Below are positions 17,389 through 26,855 of a stretch of 29,891 nt of DNA, in pieces. The first letter of the stretch is position 1. Each line of letters starts with the position of its first letter. A program made the position numbers and the translations under genes. Origin of the DNA: Candidatus Hermodarchaeota archaeon (GTDB taxonomy: Archaea > Asgardarchaeota > Thorarchaeia > Thorarchaeales > Thorarchaeaceae); assembly GCA_048885865.1 (NCBI GenBank), contig JBHLLF010000031.1:1-29891 (forward strand). Direction: 5' to 3'. The notes below the pieces were generated by a model. The model worked only from the letters and a program-made list of their open reading frames with translations, did no database searches and was not told the DNA's origin.

Positions 17389-19206
17389 ATGTATGGATAT
17401 CGGAACAAGGTTCTAAGAGTTGACCTCAGCACTGGCATCATATCTGATGAACTCCTCAATCCCAAGATTGCTCGAGATTTCATCGGAGGCGCCGGCTACG
17501 CCTGCAGAATTCTCTATAGCATGATTGATGCGAATACAGATCCCCTTGGTCCGGATAATCCTCTCTTCATACTCACTGGACCATTTACTGGGACAATGGT
17601 TCCCACGGGCAGCAAGACATCGTTTTGTGCCAAGTCCCCTCAGACAGGACTCTGGGGTCACAGCACCGTAGGAGGCCATTTTGGAGCTGATTTGAAGTTT
17701 GCAGGATATGACGGGATTCTGCTTACTGGAAAAGCAGCAAAACACTCGTACTTACTAGTAAACAATGATACTGTCGAATTGAGAGATGCGAGTCATCTAT
17801 GGGGCAAGGACACTCAGGTCGTTTGGAACGAGCTGAAGAAAGAAGCGGGACTCAAAAATCCGGGTGTCGCGAGAATTGGGATAGCAGGAGAGAACTTGGT
17901 GAAATATGCCGGTGTTATCGTAGACCATTATCGAGCAGCTGGGCGCACTGGCATGGGAGCGGTCATGGGCTCCAAGAATCTCAAGGCAATTATTGTCAAT
18001 GGAACAGACAGAAAGATTCCTGTTGTAGATTCTGACGGTCTTATAGAATATGCAAAGGCTCTGAATGAAGACAAGAAGGATGACCCTACATTCAAGATGT
18101 ATACTGACCTTGGAACTGCTGGATATGTTGACATGGCAAGCATGATGTATGGTTCTCTGCCAGCAGGATACTATACGGTTCCTGATTTTGACTCCTACAA
18201 TCTCAGCGGGACATCAGTCCGGGAAACGTTTCTTGTAGGCAAGTCTGCATGCTTTAGATGCCCGATTGGTTGTGGAAGAAAAGTCGAAATCAAAGAGGGG
18301 AGGTATGCAACAGAAGAGTTTGCCGGGCCTGAACTTGAAGTAACTGGAACGTTGGGAACGCTGATCCTGAACAATCAGCTAGATTCCCTGGTTCATTGCA
18401 GCAAAACACTTGACCTCATGGGGATGGACTTCATCTCAGCTGGCAATGTGGTTGCATTTGCATATTATCTCTTCATCGAAGGGAAGATTAGCAAAGATGA
18501 TCTTGATGGAATCACTCCACGATGGGGCGAGGTTGATTCTGCGTTGGCTCTCTTGGAGAAAATATCGAAAAGGGAGGGTATTGGTAACATTATGGCGGAG
18601 GGCACGCTTGCCTTTGGAAAGAAATTCGGATATGAGAATCTAGCAGCCCAAGTAAATGGCTTAGAGTTACCAATGCATGACCCCAGGGGTTTCTCAGGGA
18701 TGGCGATTGCGTATGCCACTTCGCCGCGTGGAGCGTGTCATATGACAGCGGACATGTACAATGTCCAGATGGGGCAGACAAACGAATTGCTTGAAATTGA
18801 GAGTTTTGATAGATTCGCAAACGAAGCCGACATTGCTGCGAGACATCAGGACTTCAGGTGCATCACCAACTCAGCGGGTGTATGTAATTTCTATCCATTC
18901 CTTGCGGAGGAAATGGTTGAGCTATTCAAGATGGTAGTAGGATGGGATTACTCCGTCGAAGAGCTTGCAAAAACTGGAGAGAGGATTTTCACTCTCATGC
19001 GCCTCTTCAATCTAAAAATGGGATATGACCCCAAGAATGAGAAACTTCCAGACATCATACTGCAGCCCTTAGAAGGGCCCACAGAAGGTCATGTTCCAAA
19101 TGTGGAAGAACAGCTTGAAACATGGTACAAACTACGAGAGTGGAGTAGAAAGACCGGCAAGCCTCCAGCAAGGAAGCTAAAGGCATTGGGTCTTTCAGAC
19201 CTCTAG
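17389..19206 (+). CDS. aor: Tungsten/molybdenum aldehyde:ferredoxin oxidoreductase family protein
   Basis: MYGYRNKVLRVDLS, AKSPQTG, AAGRTGMGAVMGSKNLKAI, CFRCPIGC, HDPRG, RGACH and GVCNF. Start ATG 17389. Confidence 0.95.
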   Translation: MYGYRNKVLRVDLSTGIISDELLNPKIARDFIGGAGYACRILYSMIDANTDPLGPDNPLFILTGPFTGTMVPTGSKTSFCAKSPQTGLWGHSTVGGHFGADLKFAGYDGILLTGKAAKHSYLLVNNDTVELRDASHLWGKDTQVVWNELKKEAGLKNPGVARIGIAGENLVKYAGVIVDHYRAAGRTGMGAVMGSKNLKAIIVNGTDRKIPVVDSDGLIEYAKALNEDKKDDPTFKMYTDLGTAGYVDMASMMYGSLPAGYYTVPDFDSYNLSGTSVRETFLVGKSACFRCPIGCGRKVEIKEGRYATEEFAGPELEVTGTLGTLILNNQLDSLVHCSKTLDLMGMDFISAGNVVAFAYYLFIEGKISKDDLDGITPRWGEVDSALALLEKISKREGIGNIMAEGTLAFGKKFGYENLAAQVNGLELPMHDPRGFSGMAIAYATSPRGACHMTADMYNVQMGQTNELLEIESFDRFANEADIAARHQDFRCITNSAGVCNFYPFLAEEMVELFKMVVGWDYSVEELAKTGERIFTLMRLFNLKMGYDPKNEKLPDIILQPLEGPTEGHVPNVEEQLETWYKLREWSRKTGKPPARKLKALGLSDL

Positions 19207-19217
19207 GATATCTGAAT

Positions 19218-20723
19218 CTAGAGATTGGTCAAGTCCTTGAGAATGGATTTCAAGACATCATAGAGAATACCTACATCCGCAATCCTGAGCCGCTCATCGG
19301 GGGTATGAGGGTTCTCCATTCTAGGGCCAATTGAAACCATCTGAATGCCGGGGATTTTCGAACCAATAATCCCACATTCCAAACCAGCATGTATTGCTTC
19401 AACCTTGACCTCGCTATCTGACACGCTCTCAAGATGGGACCGGACATAGGCCAAGAAAGGACTCTTTGGTTCAGGATTCCAGCCGGGGTATGCCGCCTTA
19501 AGTGTGACTTCCCAGCCACTCAGTTGAGCCAGGTCAGAAATCATCTTCCTGAATGAATCGAGCTCTGAGTCAACACTGCTTCTTGTCGACATCAATACAG
19601 AAATCTCTGATTCTTCTGTCTTGATTATTGCCAGATTGTTTGAGGTTTCCACAAGCCCCTCAACACTCGGTGAGAAGCGAATTGGACCATGAGGGATAAC
19701 ATTTACCGACTGAATGATTCTCTTTGACTCATCAAGTGAAAATGCCAGAGCAGGCTCTGATTTCTTCCATTCGATCTTGATATCAGGCTCAAGAGGGGTT
19801 GCGCCAGGTGCGGCAGATTTATAGTATGCAAGAATCGCTCCACTTGCGTCTTCAAGGATCTTTTCAGTTTCTGCAGCCCTTTCAGTTTCCACAGCAAACT
19901 TCGCTGCAGACTCTCTTGTGATTGCGTTATGCTTGCTTCCTCCAACCCAGCTACATAGATGGACATTCATCTTCTCCACTATCATGGTCAACATACTGGC
20001 AATCAGTTTGTTTGCATTTGCCCGAGGCTCATGGATGTCAACGCCTGAATGGCCTCCAAATAGACCTGAAACTGAAAGGTCATAGAAAGTAGCTTCGCCT
20101 GTGACTTCCTTCATATTCAGCCTTTTCGTGAGCGTGGTGTCTCCACCACCAGCTGAGCCAATTGTGATTACACCCAAGTCTTCAGAATCGATATTTATCA
20201 TGAGCTTGCTCTCAATACCAAGTTTCTCCAAGTCAAGCCCAAATGCGCCAACTAGACCTGTTTCTTCATCTACGGTAATTAGAACCTCGAGAGAACCATG
20301 TGCCACTTCAGAATCCAGAACAAGAGCAAGTCCAATAGATGACCCTATTCCATTATCCGCACCCAAAGTAGTTCCGTCAGCATCAACCCACTCTCCGTTA
20401 TCCTGTATCCTCACAGGAATTGGATTATTGTCAAAATCAAAACCATCTGGGCGGTCGGTCTCACAGACCATATCCATATGCCCCTGAAGCAGGATGGGTG
20501 GAGCTTTCTCCATCCCTTTGGTTGCAGGCGCTTTCAGCAGGATATTCCCAGTATCATCCTCATTGATTGTGACTGGAATTCCAGCCGCATCGGATTTAGC
20601 TCGCACATACTCCTTGATCTTGGCACGAATCTTGTCCTCCTTTTTCGAAGGCCGAGGAGTCTGAATGAACACCTCTTCGAATATCTGCCATACTATTTTG
20701 GGTTCAAGACTCTCGAGAACCAT
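19218..20723 (-). CDS. pepD: Aminoacyl-histidine (beta-Ala-His) dipeptidase, M20C
   Basis: LQGHMDMVC, TTLGADNGIG, TVDEETGL, NIDSED, GGHSG, YPGWNP, IHAGLECG and PHTPDE. Confidence 0.95.
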   Translation of the reverse strand: MVLESLEPKIVWQIFEEVFIQTPRPSKKEDKIRAKIKEYVRAKSDAAGIPVTINEDDTGNILLKAPATKGMEKAPPILLQGHMDMVCETDRPDGFDFDNNPIPVRIQDNGEWVDADGTTLGADNGIGSSIGLALVLDSEVAHGSLEVLITVDEETGLVGAFGLDLEKLGIESKLMINIDSEDLGVITIGSAGGGDTTLTKRLNMKEVTGEATFYDLSVSGLFGGHSGVDIHEPRANANKLIASMLTMIVEKMNVHLCSWVGGSKHNAITRESAAKFAVETERAAETEKILEDASGAILAYYKSAAPGATPLEPDIKIEWKKSEPALAFSLDESKRIIQSVNVIPHGPIRFSPSVEGLVETSNNLAIIKTEESEISVLMSTRSSVDSELDSFRKMISDLAQLSGWEVTLKAAYPGWNPEPKSPFLAYVRSHLESVSDSEVKVEAIHAGLECGIIGSKIPGIQMVSIGPRMENPHTPDERLRIADVGILYDVLKSILKDLTNL

Positions 20724-20851
20724 CCTTCATTCACCCTGAAAGGACGAAGCAGGTGGTCAACTATTAAGGTTCTGATAGAACTCTGGTGCTTCGATAGGCT
20801 TTTCATTCGCTTTGCGGCAGTCCCCATCTTGCGTCACAAGGAGATAGATTC

Positions 20852-21718
20852 ATGCTTTTTGATCCTAATATCACGACCTTTCTACAGGACACGCTTCCAT
20901 GGGCGGGAGCGTTCTTTAGCATCATATCAGAGATGGGCGGCTTGATATTCATTGTTTCCATACTTCTGATAGGATATTGGACCTATCGAAAGAGAGAAAC
21001 AATGATAATTACGCTCATCCTAGTGGTATCGATTATAGCAAATTACTGGTTGAAGTATGCTTTTGCTAGTCCAAGACCTGCCATCACATATTGGTATGGA
21101 GAAGTAGAAGCTACCAACTATGGGTTGCCAAGTGGTCATGCCCAAAATGGTAGTACGCTATACACATGGCTAGCAGGGAAGGTAAAAACATGGTGGATGG
21201 CTCTTGTTTCAATCATCCTTATTCTAATGATAGGAGTATCACGGGTCTATCTAGGAGTTCATTTCCTTGCCGATGTTCTACTTGGATGGGCGATTGGCAT
21301 TGCAATTGGATTGGTGACATTCTACTTTGAAAAGCAAATCTCCGACTTTGCATCCAGGATAAAGAGCGATTACTGGTATCTGCTTCTCTTCATCATTGGC
21401 TTTGTACTAGTGGTAGTGAGTTCAATTCTCCCGTATCCACCTGGAGATAATTTTGGTGCATATGGGGGACTGACCATGGGAGCAGCTATTGCATTCCCAT
21501 TAGAGAACCGGTATGTCAAGTTTGAGCTGGGGCAAATCAGAACACCAAGACTGATCGCTCGAGCAATCATAGGGCTCTTGTTGGTCATGGGAGTAATGCT
21601 TGGACTGTCTCCAGTCCTTCCGACCTCTGAAATCTGGCTCAGAACTGTTCGATATTTCGCTGTTGCGTTTGTCGGGATATTTCTGTGGCCTCTAATCTTC
21701 GAGAAGATTGGACTTTGA
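20852..21718 (+). CDS. PAP2-family membrane lipid-phosphate phosphatase
   Basis: KxxxxxxRP (KYAFASPRP), PSGH and SRVYLGVHFLADV, with multiple TM segments. Confidence 0.93.
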   Translation: MLFDPNITTFLQDTLPWAGAFFSIISEMGGLIFIVSILLIGYWTYRKRETMIITLILVVSIIANYWLKYAFASPRPAITYWYGEVEATNYGLPSGHAQNGSTLYTWLAGKVKTWWMALVSIILILMIGVSRVYLGVHFLADVLLGWAIGIAIGLVTFYFEKQISDFASRIKSDYWYLLLFIIGFVLVVVSSILPYPPGDNFGAYGGLTMGAAIAFPLENRYVKFELGQIRTPRLIARAIIGLLLVMGVMLGLSPVLPTSEIWLRTVRYFAVAFVGIFLWPLIFEKIGL

Positions 21719-21757
21719 ATGCGCCAAGGGATAGGTCGATTTTCGAGAAGTCTAAGG

Positions 21758-22753
21758 TCAACCTATCCTACGATATTCTTTTGTCACCAGGTTCCAGAGA
21801 AGGTCAGGATTGTCGCTAGATATCGAGGTCCCCTTGTTGGCTAAGTAGCTCCAACCAAAAAGTGAGTCAACCCCCATCCTAACGTACTCAGGAATAAGGG
21901 AGGCCACATCCTCTTCATCGCCTGCACTCAAACTAAAAAGCTGAAGCCACAACTGACTCCTCTTCTTGTGCCTCTTTGCAGTTTCGATAGTCCTTTTGGC
22001 GGCATCCAATGCCCACTCCCGTTCTAATCCAAAGATGTGATAGTATGGGTCTGTTGAGAAGACATCTACGTCCTTGATGGATGCTATCTTGTCCCAGTCA
22101 GGAGTGCCAAGAAACTCGAAGTCAGCGGGAATAATGCAGACACAGACATCAGTTGAAGAATTTGCCGCCTTTACAGTCTGACAGGCTTCGACCAAGAACT
22201 GATGCATATTGTCCTCACGAAATCGTCGGATGTCATCGGTGTAATCCTTTGGCATAGGAGCATCAAAGGTTTCTCTATACTTCTCCTGACAGACATCACA
22301 AACACAAGTGAAATCCTCTGTCGAGAAGGTCCAAGCGTAATGGGGCTCGTCTATGAACACTCCATCAACCTTGGAGTCACGAACAATCTTGGTGACCTCC
22401 TTTTGGAACCATTTCCGAAACTCGGGTTGATTGATACATGCCGCTGGCATCTTTTCCTGCGACACAGCGGCAATCTGTCTCAAGTCTGGATTTCTGTGAA
22501 GAAAGAAAGAAGGAGGCTCTCCTCCAAAAACGCCACCAAAAGCCCAGAAATTGAGCCAGACGCGCAAGCCAACATCCTTTGCCTCAGAGATGATCTCGAG
22601 CATATTTGGATACCAATACTCCATGTCATTCTCTGATAATGCAATCAGCACTGAATTGCAGTTGTTTGACAACATGTCCTCAAAGTCTGCCATAGCATGC
22701 TTGGGTTGCTTTGAATGATGCCATGCAAAGCCTCTTTCCAATGCCATCACCAC
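21758..22753 (-). CDS. Putative glycoside-hydrolase-like TIM-barrel protein
   Basis: AKDVGLRVWLNFW, ACINQPEFRKW, DGVFIDEPH, CVCDVC, FSTDPY. Pattern resembles GH42/GHL-like barrels; family not assigned. Confidence 0.65.
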   Translation of the reverse strand: MVMALERGFAWHHSKQPKHAMADFEDMLSNNCNSVLIALSENDMEYWYPNMLEIISEAKDVGLRVWLNFWAFGGVFGGEPPSFFLHRNPDLRQIAAVSQEKMPAACINQPEFRKWFQKEVTKIVRDSKVDGVFIDEPHYAWTFSTEDFTCVCDVCQEKYRETFDAPMPKDYTDDIRRFREDNMHQFLVEACQTVKAANSSTDVCVCIIPADFEFLGTPDWDKIASIKDVDVFSTDPYYHIFGLEREWALDAAKRTIETAKRHKKRSQLWLQLFSLSAGDEEDVASLIPEYVRMGVDSLFGWSYLANKGTSISSDNPDLLWNLVTKEYRRIG

Positions 22754-22844
22754 TCACAACAAAGACGCATCCAAGATATTAGACCTCCTGCAATCTCGGC
22801 AGATTCAATAACGAGCTATTATGACGCAAAGGGAGGTGACAACA

Positions 22845-23558
22845 GTGTCAGAGAGATTCAGTACACCATTGAAGAGCCCACTATACCCTCCGCCTCCATA
22901 TAACTACAAGAATGCGAATATCTTCCTAGCCCTATTCAATCCAACTGAGGAGTCTATTGAGAAATTGCTTCCGGAGCCACTACGTCCCTCACAGCTTCCA
23001 TTGGCTGGGATAATGACCGGCCTGCAACCATGCGTTGAGGCGGGAACCTTTTGGGAATCAGCACTGCTTGTCCAATGCATGTTCGACAATCCTGAAACAG
23101 GTGAAGATGAGGTTGGAGTGTATTTCGCGCATGTCTACGTTGATACAGACGTGGCACTTGCGTCAGGAAGAGAAATCTGGGGATATCCGCGAAAACTAGC
23201 AGACATTCAGATGAAGTGGAAGGGTGATACTCTAACAGCCACAACTGGCAGAAATGGCAACCGGCTATTCTACGCCAAATGCACATTTGATGAGGACGGA
23301 GAATGGATTGACAGCGGCCCCAATGTCAATGTCAAAATGATTCCAAGCGTGACTGGTGAAGGCTTTGATGCATCATTCCTCACCGCTGCGTATCTGAAAT
23401 ATGATATTCACAATGGTCGCTCAGGTGATGTTGAGATTGAGATAACAAGTGGACCAGATGATGACCTGAGTATTTTGGAGATTGATACCCCAATGATTGG
23501 ACTCTACTTCGACTGCGATATTTTCCTGCCTCCAGGGAAAGTCATCGCGAAACTATGA
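22845..23558 (+). CDS. Acetoacetate decarboxylase superfamily protein (variant active site)
   Basis: PLYPPPPY, LLPEPL and ALASGREIWGYPRKLA. GGAGGTGA RBS before GTG 22845. Confidence 0.88.
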   Translation: MSERFSTPLKSPLYPPPPYNYKNANIFLALFNPTEESIEKLLPEPLRPSQLPLAGIMTGLQPCVEAGTFWESALLVQCMFDNPETGEDEVGVYFAHVYVDTDVALASGREIWGYPRKLADIQMKWKGDTLTATTGRNGNRLFYAKCTFDEDGEWIDSGPNVNVKMIPSVTGEGFDASFLTAAYLKYDIHNGRSGDVEIEITSGPDDDLSILEIDTPMIGLYFDCDIFLPPGKVIAKL

Positions 23559-23559
23559 C

Positions 23560-24174
23560 TCAAAACCTCCCGATCTCAACCCAGCCAAAGTATGCAAGAA
23601 TTGACATGAGAGCAATTACATCCCGCGCGGGTAGCTGAGTCATATCAATAATGTCTTGGATCGTGCGTTTCCCGTTGGATGCTTGTTGGAGAATCTCAAG
23701 ACTCACATCAACTTCTCCGACTCGCCAAGGAATTCGATCGCCCCCATCTGTCCTTCTGGGTATCGAATCAAGCCTCAGGTTCACAAGAGGAAGCTCCTTG
23801 ATTATCTCAAGTGCAAAGTTCTTGAATCTTCGAATATCCCCGTCATGAGCTGCGAGAGGAGTTCTGCATTCTCTTTCAAACGAGTGGAGTATTTTGACAA
23901 GCTTGTCTCTATAGATTTCCTGATCAGGAACTGAACTCATCCCCATTAGACCAATGGAGGTTTCTCCTTTGTGGAACATATAGATGAAGTTTGACCAACG
24001 GATCATACTCAAGGAATCCTCTGAGAACTGCATGATTGCCCTTAGAAGGGCTGCAAGCATGTCGTGGTTGACGTTTGTGGACCCATCATATGGAACATAG
24101 AGCAGTAGTTCCCCGCCATCAATTCCAAGGAACATTATGTGGCGGATCTTCGAAACATCGACTGATTCGGTCAC
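23560..24174 (-). CDS. Longin-like domain plus winged helix protein (NPRL2-like architecture)
   Basis: N-terminal longin-like pattern IMFLGIDGGELLL...DMLAALLRAIMQFSE...KLVKILHSFE...GDIRRFKNF. C-terminal NGKRTIQDIIDMT...ILAYFGWVEI. Confidence 0.7.
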   Translation of the reverse strand: MTESVDVSKIRHIMFLGIDGGELLLYVPYDGSTNVNHDMLAALLRAIMQFSEDSLSMIRWSNFIYMFHKGETSIGLMGMSSVPDQEIYRDKLVKILHSFERECRTPLAAHDGDIRRFKNFALEIIKELPLVNLRLDSIPRRTDGGDRIPWRVGEVDVSLEILQQASNGKRTIQDIIDMTQLPARDVIALMSILAYFGWVEIGRF

Positions 24175-24254
24175 TTCGTCACTTCACACTGAATTCTAAC
24201 TAGAGAAGTCCCACAACCAAATGAAAAAGAATGTATTGCAGAGGTCATGCCCTG

Positions 24255-25994
24255 CTAGAGGTATTTGGTTGCCTCAACCTGAGCAAGCTTAACACCTGCA
24301 CTGTGGGAATATCGATTGAAAATATAATAGCATACTAGAGAGAATATACCTAGAACGGCGTAGGCTGACAGTGTACCAAGTAGCTCTCCATAGAGGCCCA
24401 CGCTGAAAGCTGCAACACCAATTATGCTATAGATTCCGACATAGCCTAGTAGATAGGGAACAAGCTGCGCCCTGAGCATTGACCATCCGCGGATTGGCAT
24501 CTGAACTGCTGATCCCCGTTGCCTTTCAATCATACGTTGTGCCTTGAAGTCACCACCCATTGCAGCCGCATTTGCTGCAATTGAACCAGCAGCTAAACAG
24601 ATGAAGATTGATGAAATCACAATGGCAGGAAGAATAGACCATAGACCTGGATTGATGACTAGGAGCAAGACTGATCCAGCGGTTGTTGCACCTATCACAA
24701 ATGGCACCGCACTAATTGCCTTTCCCTTTACATAGTCAGAGAAGTTTGCTGCGGCCAATTGTAGTGTCATCAGATTGTTCCCCTCGTAGACCATTTCATA
24801 GCCTGCAAAATAAACACCATATGAAACCATGAATGGAATGAGAGCGGCAATCAGGAAATAAGGAGTGAAGACAAAGAAATCCTCGCCAAGCCCAATAAAT
24901 GGCAGGACAAACCAAATCGCCATTCGCAAAGGACCTACGAGGTATTGTGCCAGTACTCTTCCCTCCCTGCGAATAGAGGAGAGGTTATACCAGATTGACA
25001 CACTAATTGTCTGATTGAATCTAAATCCCGGTATTGGCTGAGGATTCCAAGAGGTATGCGCTAGTGGAACATCTTCCTTTGAGGTTCTCTTTGACCCCGA
25101 GGCGAGCCAACCACTGTAATGAGCCCTCTCGCTTACGAGAGCGTTTGCATAGACCAGCTCAAAGGCAACCACAGCTATTAGCACGCCAAGTAGAATGTCC
25201 TGCAACTGAAGTGGGGCTCCAACAACTATGTTTAGAGACAAGGCACTTACTGCATACCCTGGACTGATATCTGATGCAAGCCCAAGGTCACGTAATATCT
25301 GGAAGAATCCCTCAAAGATGCCTTCGCCTCCGTCTCCTACCCATATGAAGACGTAGTAAAGCGTGCTTACAAGAATAGCAAAACTAGTTCCCAAGAACCA
25401 TCCAATCTGCTTTAGAGTGCGTCTTCCAGCAAACAGGCGCGAGAATAGAAGGCCAAGTAGACCTCCAAGTGATACTCCCAGGGTGACTAATGAGAGCAAC
25501 AATATAATGAACACAGGGATTGAGAGCGCGGCAAGCGGAGCAGGAGATACGATGCTTAGACCAATGAAGATTGGCACTCCAATGGCCATCCAAATCATTG
25601 AGTTATAGAGGATGATGACGATGGTCTTCTCAAGAAATATGGTCCGCATGGCAACGGGCATAGTGAGAAGATATTCCATTCTATTGACATTGCCTACTGT
25701 TGTTGCAGAAAAAGCAATAGAGCCAATGAATCCGAAGATGAGGATCAAATTGAATATGGTTGCACCAAATCCAGGGTCAGATATCACAATGTCTGCTATG
25801 ATGCTCCAGCCAAACAGGGGGACTATAGTGATGATTGCCCATATTATGACAACTGCAATTACAACAAATACCAGGGGGCGGAGAAGCCGTCTTAAGATGC
25901 TCTTCTGCTCAGTACGTTTTCCTTTTGCACCTGAAATCCTGAATGTCTGATTCAAGTCCTGCCGCAACAGCAAAAGAATGTCTGCAAGTGTCAC
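24255..25994 (-). CDS. ABC exporter permease (large, multi-TM)
   Basis: MEYLLTMPVAMRTIFLEK motif and many TM segments. GTGA overlap with the ATPase gene. Confidence 0.88.
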   Translation of the reverse strand: MTLADILLLLRQDLNQTFRISGAKGKRTEQKSILRRLLRPLVFVVIAVVIIWAIITIVPLFGWSIIADIVISDPGFGATIFNLILIFGFIGSIAFSATTVGNVNRMEYLLTMPVAMRTIFLEKTIVIILYNSMIWMAIGVPIFIGLSIVSPAPLAALSIPVFIILLLSLVTLGVSLGGLLGLLFSRLFAGRRTLKQIGWFLGTSFAILVSTLYYVFIWVGDGGEGIFEGFFQILRDLGLASDISPGYAVSALSLNIVVGAPLQLQDILLGVLIAVVAFELVYANALVSERAHYSGWLASGSKRTSKEDVPLAHTSWNPQPIPGFRFNQTISVSIWYNLSSIRREGRVLAQYLVGPLRMAIWFVLPFIGLGEDFFVFTPYFLIAALIPFMVSYGVYFAGYEMVYEGNNLMTLQLAAANFSDYVKGKAISAVPFVIGATTAGSVLLLVINPGLWSILPAIVISSIFICLAAGSIAANAAAMGGDFKAQRMIERQRGSAVQMPIRGWSMLRAQLVPYLLGYVGIYSIIGVAAFSVGLYGELLGTLSAYAVLGIFSLVCYYIFNRYSHSAGVKLAQVEATKYL

Positions 25995-26755
25995 TGAACC
26001 CCACCCAAGTACTCTGCAATCTTCTGCATATCGGGCCCACCTGTCAATGTAAGGAATATCTCTTCAAGGGTACTCTGGCCCTTGGCCTGAATACGAAGCT
26101 CATCCATTGTGCCTTCTGCGATGAGTTTCCCTTCGTTGATGATCCCAATTCGGTCACACATTTGTTCCGCAATCTCCAGAACATGTGTGCTCATTAGAAT
26201 AGTGACACCTCTTTCTCGTAGACCATTGAGAATCTCCTTAATCGTGGCAGCACCCCTTGGATCTATACCAGCCTGCACCTCATCAAGGATGAGAACTTGC
26301 GGGCGATGAATAAGAGCCGCAACAAGTCCAATCTTTCGTGACATTCCTTTCGAGTAGGTCTCAATGAGATCATCGCTAGCATCTTTGATGTCCAGAAGGG
26401 TTAGAATCTCATCAATCTCCTCCTCGCGTTCCGGACCTCTTTCGATGCGCCATATATCACTTACATAATTGACATACTCCCATCCTGTGAGTCTTTCAGG
26501 AAGGACTGGCTCTTCAGGAACATAGCCCATAAGACGCTTTGCTGCCACAATCTCCTTCTCAATATCATGACCCATGATTCTCGCAGTGCCAGCTGTAGGC
26601 TTCAGTAGTCCAAGGAGCATGCGCATCGTTGTAGACTTCCCTGATCCATTGGGTCCGAGAAGACCATAGATTTCGCCAGTTGTAACAGTAAAGCTGAGTT
26701 CACTCACAGCTGTGAACTCGCTGAACATTTTCGTAAGCCCAATAGCCTCAATCAT
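25991..26755 (-). CDS. ABC transporter ATP-binding protein
   Basis: Walker A GPNGSGKST, signature YSKGM, Walker B LILDE, and H-loop MSTH. Confidence 0.96.
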   Translation of the reverse strand: MIEAIGLTKMFSEFTAVSELSFTVTTGEIYGLLGPNGSGKSTTMRMLLGLLKPTAGTARIMGHDIEKEIVAAKRLMGYVPEEPVLPERLTGWEYVNYVSDIWRIERGPEREEEIDEILTLLDIKDASDDLIETYSKGMSRKIGLVAALIHRPQVLILDEVQAGIDPRGAATIKEILNGLRERGVTILMSTHVLEIAEQMCDRIGIINEGKLIAEGTMDELRIQAKGQSTLEEIFLTLTGGPDMQKIAEYLGGVQ

Positions 26756-26855
26756 TCACATCACTAGAAGCTCGGATACATTGAGATTTAATGGTTGGGA
26801 TAAATGCTGTGCGCCACCGAAGTGGTTATTAGCGCCAAGATTTCGTTGCGCTGCC

